Of a stretch of 64,000 nucleotides of DNA, positions 39,099 to 48,937 are shown in pieces. This DNA is from an uncultured bacterium (lineage in GTDB: Bacteria > Nitrospirota > Nitrospiria > Nitrospirales > Nitrospiraceae). How positions within the stretch are numbered: position 1 is the stretch's first letter; each line of letters begins with the position of its first letter. The stretch lies in the NCBI GenBank assembly GCA_965233025.1, contig CBDDRH010000110.1:14272-78271 (forward strand), given 5' to 3'. Under the pieces are notes generated by a model. It saw only the letters and a list, made by a program, of their open reading frames with translations. It did no database searches and was not told the DNA's origin. The translations under genes were made by a program, and so were the position numbers.

Positions 39099-39749
39099 CT
39101 ACCGGAGCTTGATGATTTTGCCGTCGAGTTGAGTGTCCTTCACGAACTTCTCGAAGCTCTTGTTGTACAATTCGTTGAGCAACTCCTGCGCATCCTCAGG
39201 ATCGAACCAGAAAACCTGACTGGCTCCGGTACTAGTGAGCGTCTCACGGACTTGACTGCCGTCAGCGTGGTTCTGAACTTGGACGACCAGCCGGATTTTA
39301 GCGTTAAGGGCGGTCTGTCCGATCCCGCTTTTGGCATCCACACCGACATCACTAAGTATGCCGGTGATGGTGACGTCTTCTCCTGCAGCTCTGTTGCCCT
39401 CGGTGACGGTTGCATTCCAGCCTTTCCCTTTGAGATAGTCGGCAAAAGCTTGTGCCGTGGCCTCGCTGAGGGTGCCGTTGGAAAGTCTGAACTGACTCTC
39501 CCCGCCCCATAGGTGGTGTCTGGTACCGAGACGAGATCGGTCGGTGCGATGGTCTTCAAACGGCTGAATCGCGACGGTCGGGGAACTCATCGCAACGACC
39601 TTTTCGTCGCCCACGCTCGCGCCGTGAACCGTAAGATCAATCCGCTCGCCCTTGCTTGCGCAGCCTGCCGCTAAGATGATCCCGAGAAGCCCGATTCCTA
39701 CAATGCGGACATGATAGTGCCTCACATATTCCTCCTTCGTGTCTGACAC
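39099..39749 (-). CDS. lipoprotein, hypothetical (YajG-like impression)
   Basis: Lipobox ILAAGC after a hydrophobic stretch; 216 aa. The family assignment is only an impression. Confidence 0.55.
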   Translation of the reverse strand: MSDTKEEYVRHYHVRIVGIGLLGIILAAGCASKGERIDLTVHGASVGDEKVVAMSSPTVAIQPFEDHRTDRSRLGTRHHLWGGESQFRLSNGTLSEATAQAFADYLKGKGWNATVTEGNRAAGEDVTITGILSDVGVDAKSGIGQTALNAKIRLVVQVQNHADGSQVRETLTSTGASQVFWFDPEDAQELLNELYNKSFEKFVKDTQLDGKIIKLR

Positions 39750-39781
39750 AGATGGCAGATTTCCGGCGACACGTACTCTGT

Positions 39782-40351
39782 TTACTTCGTCACGAAGTGC
39801 GCTCGCCGATTCTGTTGATAACAGTCTTCGTCCTGTTGCTGGCAGAAGGGTTTCGTTTCTCCATAACTCGTAATCTGAAGCTGCGAGGCCGCGACACCCA
39901 AGTCCAGAAGGTACTTCTTCGCAGCGCGCGCCCGTTTCTCGCCCAAGACGAGGTTGTACGCCACGGTGCCTCGTTCATCGCAATGACCTTCGATCAGTAC
40001 GGTCTTGTTCCCGTTGACGCGAAGCCAGCCGGCATTGGCATCCAACAGCGGCATAGCATCCTTGCGGATCTGAAACCGGTCGTAATCGAAAAACACATCA
40101 CCCAATGCATGACTGTCAGAATCTGTGCTCGACGCGAGCGCAGGATTCACCGGCACGCTGCCGGACGGCCGGTCGAACGAGCGCTCCAACGGTACCGTCT
40201 TGATCGCATCGGGCTGGATCTGCTCGCTCTTGCCCTGGCCTGCCCGTGAGGCTGCATCACCGGACGAGGAAGAGACGGTCTTACCAGCGCATCCCGCAAA
40301 CACAAGCATGAGACTTAGACTCAGGCACAGGCTGATGATTCTTCGATCCAT
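39782..40351 (-). CDS. pal: peptidoglycan-associated lipoprotein (OmpA-like)
   Basis: Lipobox VFAGC. OmpA_C-like FDYDRFQIR, LIEGHCDERGTVAYNLVLGEKRA and NRRAHF. Confidence 0.88.
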   Translation of the reverse strand: MDRRIISLCLSLSLMLVFAGCAGKTVSSSSGDAASRAGQGKSEQIQPDAIKTVPLERSFDRPSGSVPVNPALASSTDSDSHALGDVFFDYDRFQIRKDAMPLLDANAGWLRVNGNKTVLIEGHCDERGTVAYNLVLGEKRARAAKKYLLDLGVAASQLQITSYGETKPFCQQQDEDCYQQNRRAHFVTK

Positions 40352-40612
40352 GGCATAGCCTCCAATTAATCGTGATCATTGTTGCGCCGCTTCGTCAGGG
40401 GCAAGAGAGTCTGGCTCTATCACCTTGGGCAGATCCAGCTCTCCAGGCTCTTCGTGCAGGCCCAGAAGCAGCTTGTCACTCTTACTTATAGGTGCTCACC
40501 GAGCGTCCGTCAACCCAAAATCTCTCGCCTTGCCCACGAGAGCGTAGAGACGAGCACGTCCTATTCAAACCGGAAGTTGCATCCATCTCCAGCTTTCGCT
40601 AAGGTGCAGATC

Positions 40613-42238
40613 ATGACCCATTCCCTCGCGCGCTCACTCGTGCTTGCCAGCGCGAGCGGGCTGTTCCTTCCACTGAGTTTCCCTAAATCTGACCTCGGAC
40701 TGTTGGCGTGGATCGCCCTCGTGCCGTTGCATTGGGCGTTGGACGGCAAAACCAAAACGCAGGCGTTTTGGATCGGCTGGCTATCCGGCACCATTGCCTT
40801 CACGGGCATGATGGCCTGGGTCGTCACCGCCATGAACACCTACGGCAAGGTCCCGCTGGCAATCAGCTACGGCCTCATGTTGCTGCTCACAGCCTATCTC
40901 GGCTTGTATGTCGGGCTCTATTCTGCCGGGGCCGTATGGTTTCGGACCATGATTCCCCGCTACGGTCATTTTGCGTTTCCCTGTTTATGGGTCACCCTCG
41001 AGCTGATTCGAACGTATGCTCTGAGCGGATTACCCTGGGGCCTCCTCGGCTATTCTCAATATCGCCAGATTGAGATTATTCAGATTGCGGATCACATGGG
41101 AGTCTACGGGGTCTCGTTCCTCATTGTGCTGGTGAATGTCGCGCTGGCTGAATTTCTGATGTGGCTGATGCCGCTGTTCCGGGGATTCCTCCCGGCACGG
41201 CTCCCCTGGGAGCTCGCGGCGATGGCGGCGTTACTGGTGACGCTCTCGTGGGAGTATGGCCTTGCGACGTTATCTGAATCGCCGTTTTCTGATATTCCCC
41301 GATCATCCATCAGCGTGGGGGTGGTGCAGCCGAACGTCGATCAGGCAGTGAAGTGGGATACCGCCTATCGAGAGCAGACTCTCGCACGCTTTGACCGGCT
41401 GACGGAACAGCTCGGCCGTGCCACAGATTTGGTGGTCTGGCCAGAAGCGGCAACACCCTTCGTCTTTGAGCGTGAGCCTGTCTATCAACTGCAACTCATC
41501 GCGCTGGCCAATCGAGCCCAGGCGCCGATCTTATTTGGAAGCCCCGCACTGCGCTTCTATCCGGATCGGCGGCCCTATCTGTTGAACAGCGCATACCTCC
41601 TCTCCCCAGACGGCCAATTGTTGGGACGTTACGACAAACATCATCTGGTCCCCTTCGGCGAATATATTCCGCTCAAATCGTCACTCCTGTTTTTCCTCGA
41701 CAAGTTGGTGCAAGGGATCGGCGATTTCGAAGCTGGAACTGGTCCGACTGTCTTGACGTTGACGCCGAAGCCACGGTCTGCGGCAGAAGGCATGGCGGGA
41801 GCGATACCGCGACCGATGAATTTTGGGGTGGCGATCTGCTACGAAGTGATCTTTCCGAACCTGGTGCGGCAATTCGCCGAGAACGGAGCGGAGTTCCTGG
41901 TGACCGTGACGAACGATGCCTGGTTTGGCGCCTCGTCGGCCGCCTCCCAACATTTTTCGATGGTCGTGTTTCGCTCCGTCGAGAATCATTTGGCCTTTGC
42001 TCGGTCAGCCAACACCGGCATTTCAGGATTTATCGATCCATTCGGACGTATCGTCGAGGCCACACCGACCTTCACGGAACAGGCCGTCAAGGCGACAATA
42101 CGAGTCTGGCGCCCTCATACGTTTTACAGCCGGCACGGCGATGTGTTTGCCTACGGCTGTGCTATAATCTGCGCGCTTTTATTCCTGTTAGGCCTTCTCC
42201 GGACCAAGGGATCTGAGCCGGACGCAGTGGCGGTGTAA
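40613..42238 (+). CDS. lnt: apolipoprotein N-acyltransferase
   Basis: Polytopic N-terminus plus a CN-hydrolase domain with WPEAA and catalytic Cys in VAICYEVIFP. Start ATG 40613 preferred over the ORF track start 40379. Confidence 0.9.
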   Translation: MTHSLARSLVLASASGLFLPLSFPKSDLGLLAWIALVPLHWALDGKTKTQAFWIGWLSGTIAFTGMMAWVVTAMNTYGKVPLAISYGLMLLLTAYLGLYVGLYSAGAVWFRTMIPRYGHFAFPCLWVTLELIRTYALSGLPWGLLGYSQYRQIEIIQIADHMGVYGVSFLIVLVNVALAEFLMWLMPLFRGFLPARLPWELAAMAALLVTLSWEYGLATLSESPFSDIPRSSISVGVVQPNVDQAVKWDTAYREQTLARFDRLTEQLGRATDLVVWPEAATPFVFEREPVYQLQLIALANRAQAPILFGSPALRFYPDRRPYLLNSAYLLSPDGQLLGRYDKHHLVPFGEYIPLKSSLLFFLDKLVQGIGDFEAGTGPTVLTLTPKPRSAAEGMAGAIPRPMNFGVAICYEVIFPNLVRQFAENGAEFLVTVTNDAWFGASSAASQHFSMVVFRSVENHLAFARSANTGISGFIDPFGRIVEATPTFTEQAVKATIRVWRPHTFYSRHGDVFAYGCAIICALLFLLGLLRTKGSEPDAVAV

Positions 42239-42255
42239 GCAGAAAGGATCGCCCC

Positions 42256-43393
42256 ATGTTGGATGAAGTAAAGAATCGTGTACGTGCCGTTGAGCAATTG
42301 GTATCGGAACTACGGGGGCATCTTTGACTTCGCTCGCATGACGGCCGAGTTAGCCCATCTGGAAGAGCAGACCGCGCAGCCGGATTTTTGGAACCACGCC
42401 CAGAAAGCCGCCAAGGTCGGGCGGAAAAAAGCCACAATTGAACACGACCTCCAGCAGTGGCGGGATATCGATGGGAAGATGAACGATCTAGGCGCGCTAC
42501 TCGAGCTGGCAGAAGAAAGCGACGACGCCGGGCTCACGAAGGAGTTGACGGTTGAACTGAATCAATTTGAGTCAAAGCTCGCCGCCCTGCGGCTCGAGCT
42601 CCTGCTCTCGGGCGAATTGGACCCCAACAATGCAATTGTGGCGATCCATCCAGGCGCCGGCGGAACAGAGTCACAGGACTGGGCGCAGATGCTGCTTCGC
42701 ATGTATGTCCGTTGGGCCGAGAACAAGAAATTCAAGGTTGAAACGCTGGACCTGCTCCCGGGAGAAGAAGCCGGCGTAAAGAGCGTCACGTTGTTAGTGA
42801 CAGGGGCCTATGCCTATGGCTATCTGAAGGCCGAGGCTGGCGTGCACCGGCTGGTGCGCATTTCACCCTTCGATGCGAACAAACGACGGCACACCTCTTT
42901 TGCCTCGGTCTTTGTCTATCCCGAAGTGGATGAGGATATCGACCTTGTCATCGAAGACAAAGACCTCAAGATCGATACCTTCCGGGCCGGCGGCGCCGGC
43001 GGCCAGAACGTCAATAAGGTCGAGACGGCCATCCGCATGACGCATCTGCCGACCGGGATCGTGGTGCAATGTCAGAATGAACGGTCCCAGCTCCAGAATC
43101 GTAACGGCGCAATGAAGGTCTTGAAGGCGCGCCTCTATGAATTGGAACTCAAAAAGAAAGAGGCGGAGTTCAATGCGATCGTCGGGGAGAAGAAAGATAT
43201 TGCCTGGGGCAGCCAAATTCGATCGTATGTGTTCCAGCCCTACCAGATGGTCAAAGATCATCGGACCGGTTATGAAGTGGGCCAGGTAGCCGCCGTCATG
43301 GACGGCGATCTGGACGGGTTCATCGAGGCTTATCTAAAAGGACAAATGGCAAAAGGCGCGAGCCTAGCGGCGATGGATGAACCGCCTCTCTAG
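42256..43393 (+). CDS. prfB: peptide chain release factor 2 (requires programmed +1 frameshift at 42322..42328)
   Basis: Frame 0 reads ATG 42256 [23 protein letters not shown], then an in-frame TGA at 42325. The +1 frame continues [15 protein letters not shown] to 43393. SPF (RISPFD) and GGQ ([10 protein letters not shown]) motifs are present. lysS follows, as in the conserved prfB-lysS pair. Confidence 0.93.
42314..42328 (+). promoter_or_regulatory. prfB +1 frameshift site (internal SD-like GGGGG + CTT TGA C)
   Basis: The sequence GGGGGCATCTTTGAC matches the classical RF2 autoregulatory recoding signal: an SD-like element, a 3-nt spacer, and the slippery CUU followed by UGA C. Confidence 0.9.
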
Positions 43394-43405
43394 CCCGAAG
43401 CAGTT

Positions 43406-44887
43406 ATGGACGAACTTAACGAGCAGCAACAGCAACGCATCAAGAAGCTCGACGCCCTGCGTGAAGCGGGTGTGGCACCCTACGGCACACGATTCGAAGC
43501 GAAGGATCGGGCGGGCCAACTCATCACGCTCCATGCCGAGAAAACCAAAGAGGTCCTGGGAGAGGAAAAGATCTCCTGTACCCTTGCGGGACGCATCGTC
43601 GCACTACGGCGATTCGGCAAGGCCGGTTTTGCAGTGTTGCAGGACGGATCCGACCGGCTTCAGATCTACCTCAAGAAAGATCATCTCTCAGAGCAGGGCT
43701 ATCGCATCGCCGAACTTCTCGACTTGGGCGATTGGATCGGCGTGACCGGCACCCTCTTTCGCACGAAGACCGATGAGTTCACCGTCGAGGTCACACAGCT
43801 GACCTTCTTGAGCAAAGCCCTCAGGCCCCTTCCGGAAAAGTGGCACGGATTGACAGACGTGGAAACCCGCTATCGGCAGCGCTATGTCGACTTGATTGCC
43901 AATCCTGAAGTCCATGGTATCTTTGCCACTCGCAGCAGAATTATCGCCGGCATTCGCGCCTTCTTGATAGATCGAGGCTTCCTTGAAGTCGAAACGCCGA
44001 TGATGCATCCGATTCCCGGAGGCGCGGCGGCGAAACCCTTTGTCACACATCACAATGCGCTCGGCGTCGATCTCTATCTCCGTATCGCGCCGGAACTCTA
44101 TTTGAAGCGGTTGATCGTGGGCGGTTTCCCACGTGTGTTCGAAATCAATCGGAATTTCCGAAATGAAGGCATCTCGACGATTCATAATCCGGAATTCACC
44201 ATGCTGGAGTTCTACGTGGCCTATGCCGACTATCAGGACTTGATCATCCTCACGGAGGCACTGGTCTCCTCGCTGGCACAGCAGGTCCTTGGGAAAACGG
44301 TTATTCACTATCAAGGCAAGGAAATCACGCTCACACCTCCGTGGCGCCGCTGGTCGTATCACCAGGCGATTCGGGAGGTGAATAATCTGGACTCTTCCGT
44401 TCTTGAGGATAAGGAGAAGGCGATTGCGGCGGCTAAACAGCTGGGCATCGCGGTCGATCCAAAATGGCCGCTCTTTAACATCGTGAATGAAATCTTCGAG
44501 GAAACGGTCGAGCCCAATCTGCAGCAGCCGACGTTCATTACCGACTACCCGATTGAAATTTCTCCGCTCGCGCGACGCAAAGACTCGAATCCGGCATTGA
44601 CCGATCGGTTCGAGCTCTACATCGCAGGTCGGGAAATTGCGAATGCCTTTTCAGAGCTGAACGATCCGCTGGATCAACGGGAACGGTTTGAAGGACAGGC
44701 GGCGCAACGGGCGGCGGGCGATGAAGAGGCTCATCTGGTCGATGAAGATTTCTTGCGCGCCTTGGAGTACGGCATGCCACCGACTGCGGGCGAAGGCATC
44801 GGCATCGACCGGCTGATCATGCTCTTTACCGACCAAGCGTCGATCCGCGACGTCGTGCTCTTCCCACAACTGAGGCCCGAGAAGTAA
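43406..44887 (+). CDS. lysS: lysine--tRNA ligase (class II)
   Basis: OB-fold N-terminus. Class II motifs FLEVETPMM, VFEINRNFRNEG and GIGIDRLIMLF. Confidence 0.96.
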   Translation: MDELNEQQQQRIKKLDALREAGVAPYGTRFEAKDRAGQLITLHAEKTKEVLGEEKISCTLAGRIVALRRFGKAGFAVLQDGSDRLQIYLKKDHLSEQGYRIAELLDLGDWIGVTGTLFRTKTDEFTVEVTQLTFLSKALRPLPEKWHGLTDVETRYRQRYVDLIANPEVHGIFATRSRIIAGIRAFLIDRGFLEVETPMMHPIPGGAAAKPFVTHHNALGVDLYLRIAPELYLKRLIVGGFPRVFEINRNFRNEGISTIHNPEFTMLEFYVAYADYQDLIILTEALVSSLAQQVLGKTVIHYQGKEITLTPPWRRWSYHQAIREVNNLDSSVLEDKEKAIAAAKQLGIAVDPKWPLFNIVNEIFEETVEPNLQQPTFITDYPIEISPLARRKDSNPALTDRFELYIAGREIANAFSELNDPLDQRERFEGQAAQRAAGDEEAHLVDEDFLRALEYGMPPTAGEGIGIDRLIMLFTDQASIRDVVLFPQLRPEK

Positions 44888-44889
44888 CG

Positions 44890-46170
44890 GTGGCCCTCCC
44901 CTACGAAATCTTTGTCGGGTTGCGGTATCTGCGCGCGAAGCGTCGGAATCGCACCATTTCGTTGAATACCGTGGTTTCTATCGCCGGAATTACACTCGGT
45001 GTGGCTGCGCTGATTGGAACAGTCGGCATCATGACCGGATTCAAAGAAGACATCCAGGCCAAGATTCTCGGAACGACAGCCCATATCATCGTACAGGATC
45101 GGATGAGAGACAGCATGAACGATTACGATCCTGTCGTCACTCAGGTCACAACCGTGCCGGGCGTCGTAGCGGCAACCCCGTTTGTACTCAAGCAGGTCTT
45201 GCTTACCACCCAAAGCGGAGTGCAAGGCATCGTGATACGCGGCATCGATCCTGAACGCGAGGGAACGGTGACCGAGCTGGCTAAGAATCTCTCGACCGGG
45301 CAGTTGGCAGACCTCAGCCGGCCGGTCAAGGTAAAGCAACCATCCGCAGACGACCCGACCGGCCCGGCGGTCGAGACAGAAAAGCCCGGCATCATCCTCG
45401 GCAAGGAGTTAGCGCTTCGGCTGGGTGTGTTTGTCGGCGATACCGTCAATGTGGTGTCTCCTCCGGCCGGACCGATCAATGCGATAGGGATGGTGCCGAA
45501 GATCAGAACCTTCGCATTGATCGCGCTGTTTCAATCCGGCATGTACGAGTACGATTCGTCGCTGGCCTATATCGATCTCGCGGAAGCGCAGAAGTTTTTC
45601 AACCTGGGAAACACGGTGACGGGTATTGAAATTAAAGTCGCAGACGTTTTCCATGCAGCGGAGACGGCCCGATCCGTGGAGCAATCGCTCGGCTTCGCCT
45701 ACGGGGCACGCGACTGGATGCAGATGAATCGCAATCTGTTTTCGGCGCTCAAACTCGAAAAGACGATGATGTTTTTGCTGTTGGTGCTGATCACGATCGT
45801 GGCGTCCTTTAACATCGTGAGCACGCTCACCATGATCGTCACTGAGAAGCAAAAGGAAATCGCGATCCTCAAGGCCATGGGCGCGACGCGCAAAAGCATC
45901 CGGCACATTTTCATGCTGAACGGATTGATCATCGGCCTGTCCGGGACCGCCATCGGCATCCCACTCGGCTATGCGTTTCTCTGGCTGATCCAAACATTCT
46001 GGACCTTCGATGCCTCGGTCTATTACATCTCGCAGATTCCCGTCCATGTACAAGCGATGGATGTCGTCCTTGTGGCAGGCTCCGCAATCGCGATCAGCTT
46101 TGCCGCCACAGTCTACCCCTCGCTTCAAGCCGCCAAGCTCGAACCAGTAGCCGCGCTGCGTTACGAATGA
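44890..46170 (+). CDS. lipoprotein-releasing ABC transporter permease (LolC/LolE family)
   Basis: GTG start. ALPYEIFVGLRYLRAKRRNRTISL and a C-terminal FtsX-like TM bundle. lolD follows. Confidence 0.88.
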   Translation: MALPYEIFVGLRYLRAKRRNRTISLNTVVSIAGITLGVAALIGTVGIMTGFKEDIQAKILGTTAHIIVQDRMRDSMNDYDPVVTQVTTVPGVVAATPFVLKQVLLTTQSGVQGIVIRGIDPEREGTVTELAKNLSTGQLADLSRPVKVKQPSADDPTGPAVETEKPGIILGKELALRLGVFVGDTVNVVSPPAGPINAIGMVPKIRTFALIALFQSGMYEYDSSLAYIDLAEAQKFFNLGNTVTGIEIKVADVFHAAETARSVEQSLGFAYGARDWMQMNRNLFSALKLEKTMMFLLLVLITIVASFNIVSTLTMIVTEKQKEIAILKAMGATRKSIRHIFMLNGLIIGLSGTAIGIPLGYAFLWLIQTFWTFDASVYYISQIPVHVQAMDVVLVAGSAIAISFAATVYPSLQAAKLEPVAALRYE

Positions 46171-46216
46171 CCATGCCAGCCTCCTCATTACTTCTATTCT
46201 ATTCTGGAGTTCCGGC

Positions 46217-46879
46217 GTGATCACCGTCACCGATCTGTACAAATCGTTTCCGATGGGAGGGCAAACCCTCACGGTGTTGAAGGGAGTCAATCTCCAGATT
46301 CAACGAGGGGAACTGATTGCGATTGTCGGAGCTTCGGGAGCAGGAAAGAGCACGCTGCTTCATATTATCGGAACCCTCGATCGTCCCACGACTGGGACAG
46401 TACACTTCGACGGCAAGGATATCTTTCACCTGACGGAAGGTGAGCAGGCGGACTTTCGGAATCGGCAAATTGGATTCGTCTTCCAATTCCATCACCTCCT
46501 GCCGGAATTTACCGCACTCGAAAATGCCTGCATGCCGGCTCTGATTCAGCGACGACAGCCGGCGGAAATTGAACCGGAAGCCATCGCATTGTTGCAGGAA
46601 GTCGGGCTGGGAGATCGCTTACATCACAAGCCCGGTGAGTTGTCGGGCGGTGAACAGCAACGCGTGGCGGTCGCACGAGCCCTCTTACAGAAACCGGATC
46701 TCGTATTGGCTGATGAGCCGACGGGAAATCTGGATACCCATACGGGTGAAGCGCTCTTTGCGATGATGCGTGAACTCAACAAGGCTCGCGGAACGACCTT
46801 TGTGATCGTCACCCACAATGACAAACTGTCCGCCCAAGCCGACCGGATCGTGCATATGCAAGACGGTCAAATTGTGTAA
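46217..46879 (+). CDS. lolD: lipoprotein-releasing ABC transporter ATP-binding protein
   Basis: Walker A GASGAGKST, signature LSGGEQQR, Walker B LVLADEPT. GTG start. Confidence 0.9.
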   Translation: MITVTDLYKSFPMGGQTLTVLKGVNLQIQRGELIAIVGASGAGKSTLLHIIGTLDRPTTGTVHFDGKDIFHLTEGEQADFRNRQIGFVFQFHHLLPEFTALENACMPALIQRRQPAEIEPEAIALLQEVGLGDRLHHKPGELSGGEQQRVAVARALLQKPDLVLADEPTGNLDTHTGEALFAMMRELNKARGTTFVIVTHNDKLSAQADRIVHMQDGQIV

Positions 46880-46969
46880 TCCTGACTGTGGCGCCCCGCC
46901 GGTGTTGCCACAACGTTCCATCGCCGAACCATCCCATCGTGTACCCGTGTAACATCTCTCCGTCTAACC

Positions 46970-46998
46970 TTGACGGGAACTATTTCATCCAATAGACT
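46970..46998 (+). promoter_or_regulatory. candidate sigma70-type promoter for the outer-membrane barrel gene
   Basis: TTGACG (46970..46975), 17-nt spacer, TAGACT (46993..46998), about 37 nt upstream of ATG 47035. Confidence 0.4.
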
Positions 46999-47034
46999 CA
47001 ACGAAGTCCCTTGGCCCGCAAGGAGTTGCCTGCT

Positions 47035-48180
47035 ATGTCCGGTTCTCAGTCGCTTCGTGCTGTTGTGATCTTCATAGGGCTATTGATTCCTGCACAGACG
47101 ATGGCCCTGGAATTCGTCACCGTCGGACCTCGCGCGATGGGTATGGGTGGGGCCGGTGTGGCTGTCACAACGGATGCCTTGGCTACATATTGGAACCCTG
47201 CCGGGTTAGCGATGACCCAGACAGTGGATATTCGGATTCAAGGTAGTGGACAAGTGATCGATCGTCTCGGTATCGCCGACGCCGTCCGCGATCTCGAAGA
47301 CTTCGATACGACTGATACCTCGGCTGCCAATAAAGCCAAGGCCGATGACATCGCCGCTCGGATTAACCGACCTGGCGCCACGGTATCAGTTAGTGGGGCC
47401 GCTGGTCTCTATCTCAAAGGACACTTGGGGGAGCATGCCTTAGGTCTCAATGTTTCGGATGTTCCAACCGGCGGAGGGTTTGTTTCAACTCCTGTACAAG
47501 CCACTCAACCTGGCGGACCTGGCAACCCCATTAGTCTTGCAGGACAAATGGCCCTCCTTGGGTTCGAGGCCAGACAGGTTGCGTTCTCCTATGCCTATGC
47601 CTTTTCTGATAAAACATTTTCTATCGGTGTGACGGGAAAAGTTATCCAAGGCGCAGCCTACAATGGGAGCACGACACTGACAGGAGGAACCGACGTTTCA
47701 ATTACGGACAACTTTGGAAAAGCCACGATTTCAACAGCCTTTGGGATCGATGCAGGCGCCATCTACCGCCCATCCTCATGGCTGCGTTTTGGCGTGGTGG
47801 CAAAAGACATCAATCGACCGACCTTTGATGCTGCCGGTGGAGGAGAACTGAAACTTGAGCCTCAGATTCGAGGCGGTGTAGCGGTCAATCCTTATTCTTC
47901 GTTGACGTTGACGACAGATGTGGATGTGACCTCGAATAAGACATTTATCCCAGGCATCAAGAGCCAGGTGTTGAGTCTAGGAGCCGAACAGACCATCTTC
48001 TCTGAATTCCTGTCATTCCGCCTCGGCGCCTTCAAGAATATGCAGGATGCCGGGACACCATTCACCCCTACTGCAGGATTGGGTCTACGGATCTATGCAT
48101 TTCGAATCGATGCGGGCGGTGGGTATGACTTCCGAGAAGAGGGCGCGTTGGTATCCGGCTCTGTCTCTCTGACATTCTAA
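47035..48180 (+). CDS. outer-membrane beta-barrel protein, hypothetical (TraF_2/PorV-like N-terminal motif)
   Basis: AAGGAG SD 9 nt before ATG 47035 (ORF track TTG 47011). Signal peptide ends AQTMA. GPRAMGMGGAGVAVTTDALATYWNPAGLA motif, alternating beta-strand pattern, and a C-terminal Phe (SLTF). Confidence 0.6.
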   Translation: MSGSQSLRAVVIFIGLLIPAQTMALEFVTVGPRAMGMGGAGVAVTTDALATYWNPAGLAMTQTVDIRIQGSGQVIDRLGIADAVRDLEDFDTTDTSAANKAKADDIAARINRPGATVSVSGAAGLYLKGHLGEHALGLNVSDVPTGGGFVSTPVQATQPGGPGNPISLAGQMALLGFEARQVAFSYAYAFSDKTFSIGVTGKVIQGAAYNGSTTLTGGTDVSITDNFGKATISTAFGIDAGAIYRPSSWLRFGVVAKDINRPTFDAAGGGELKLEPQIRGGVAVNPYSSLTLTTDVDVTSNKTFIPGIKSQVLSLGAEQTIFSEFLSFRLGAFKNMQDAGTPFTPTAGLGLRIYAFRIDAGGGYDFREEGALVSGSVSLTF

Positions 48181-48195
48181 TGGTATACTGAACTC

Positions 48196-48804
48196 ATGTT
48201 CATGCTCCATCATCTTCGACATGCTGTCTCGCTCTGTCTCCTTTCTCTCTTAGTCGCCGGCTGTGGCGGCTTGCAGGAAGTGTGGGAAGGCCCGGGAGCG
48301 AGAATGTTCAGGCCTCAAGCCATTGCCGTGCTTCCCCCTATGGCAAGCCAATACGACAATGCGCGTGAGGATATTCAAGAAGTCTTGTCCGGCGCTCTGA
48401 ACAGGACCGCCAATATTGAGCGTGTGGTATCTCCTGAAAATGTGACGGATATCTTCCAGGCCTCAAAGGAAGCGTTCGATGCGCTGGTATTCTACTTCTC
48501 CCGTCTGGAAATGACGGGTCAGTCCGATAAGGATTCCGCTGTGAAGTTGGGCAAGGCGCTGAACGTGGACTCGTTCCTAGTCGTGCGGGTAAACTCCTGG
48601 GAATACATGCGCAAGGAAGGCGACAATGTCGGTCGAGTCGGCCTGAGCCTTCGGCTGGTCGATGCCACCACAGGCACCACCGTGTGGAAGGCGCGACATG
48701 AACGGTCGAGCAGCTATATGTTTTACCGGCCGAATTTAAAGGATGTCGCGAAAGAGTTGGCAGCTGAGATGATTAAGGCCATGCCTCCCCAAGCTAAACA
48801 ATAG
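48196..48804 (+). CDS. lipoprotein, hypothetical
   Basis: Lipobox LVAGC; 202 aa. The IAVLPP segment is reminiscent of DUF799/LpoB-like lipoproteins, but this is an impression only. Confidence 0.55.
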   Translation: MFMLHHLRHAVSLCLLSLLVAGCGGLQEVWEGPGARMFRPQAIAVLPPMASQYDNAREDIQEVLSGALNRTANIERVVSPENVTDIFQASKEAFDALVFYFSRLEMTGQSDKDSAVKLGKALNVDSFLVVRVNSWEYMRKEGDNVGRVGLSLRLVDATTGTTVWKARHERSSSYMFYRPNLKDVAKELAAEMIKAMPPQAKQ

Positions 48805-48816
48805 CCCCCGCTCCGT

Positions 48817-48937
48817 TTCTTGTTCATTTGGTTCATCTCGTCTGTCCGGTTCATCTGGTTAGTTTCGTTCAACCAAACACACAAGACAGACCGCATAGAC
48901 CAAACAGACCGCACATGCAGGCTTTTTCAGCATCCTG
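48817..48937 (-). repeat. composite repeat: family B copy 2 (48817..48916) joined to a family A terminal half-site (48920..48937)
   Basis: The core at 48848..48882 matches 24853..24887 at 33/35. 9-nt periodic arms (GGTTCATCT at 48830 and 48848; AGACAGACC, GCATAGACC, AAACAGACC at 48884..48910). CTTTTTCAGCATCCTG abuts the trpA stop codon. Confidence 0.75.

Noticed and set aside
45409-46290. 293-aa minus-strand ORF
   Set aside because: It is antisense to the LolC/E permease and lolD genes. Its composition is Arg/His/Asp-rich and unlike real proteins.
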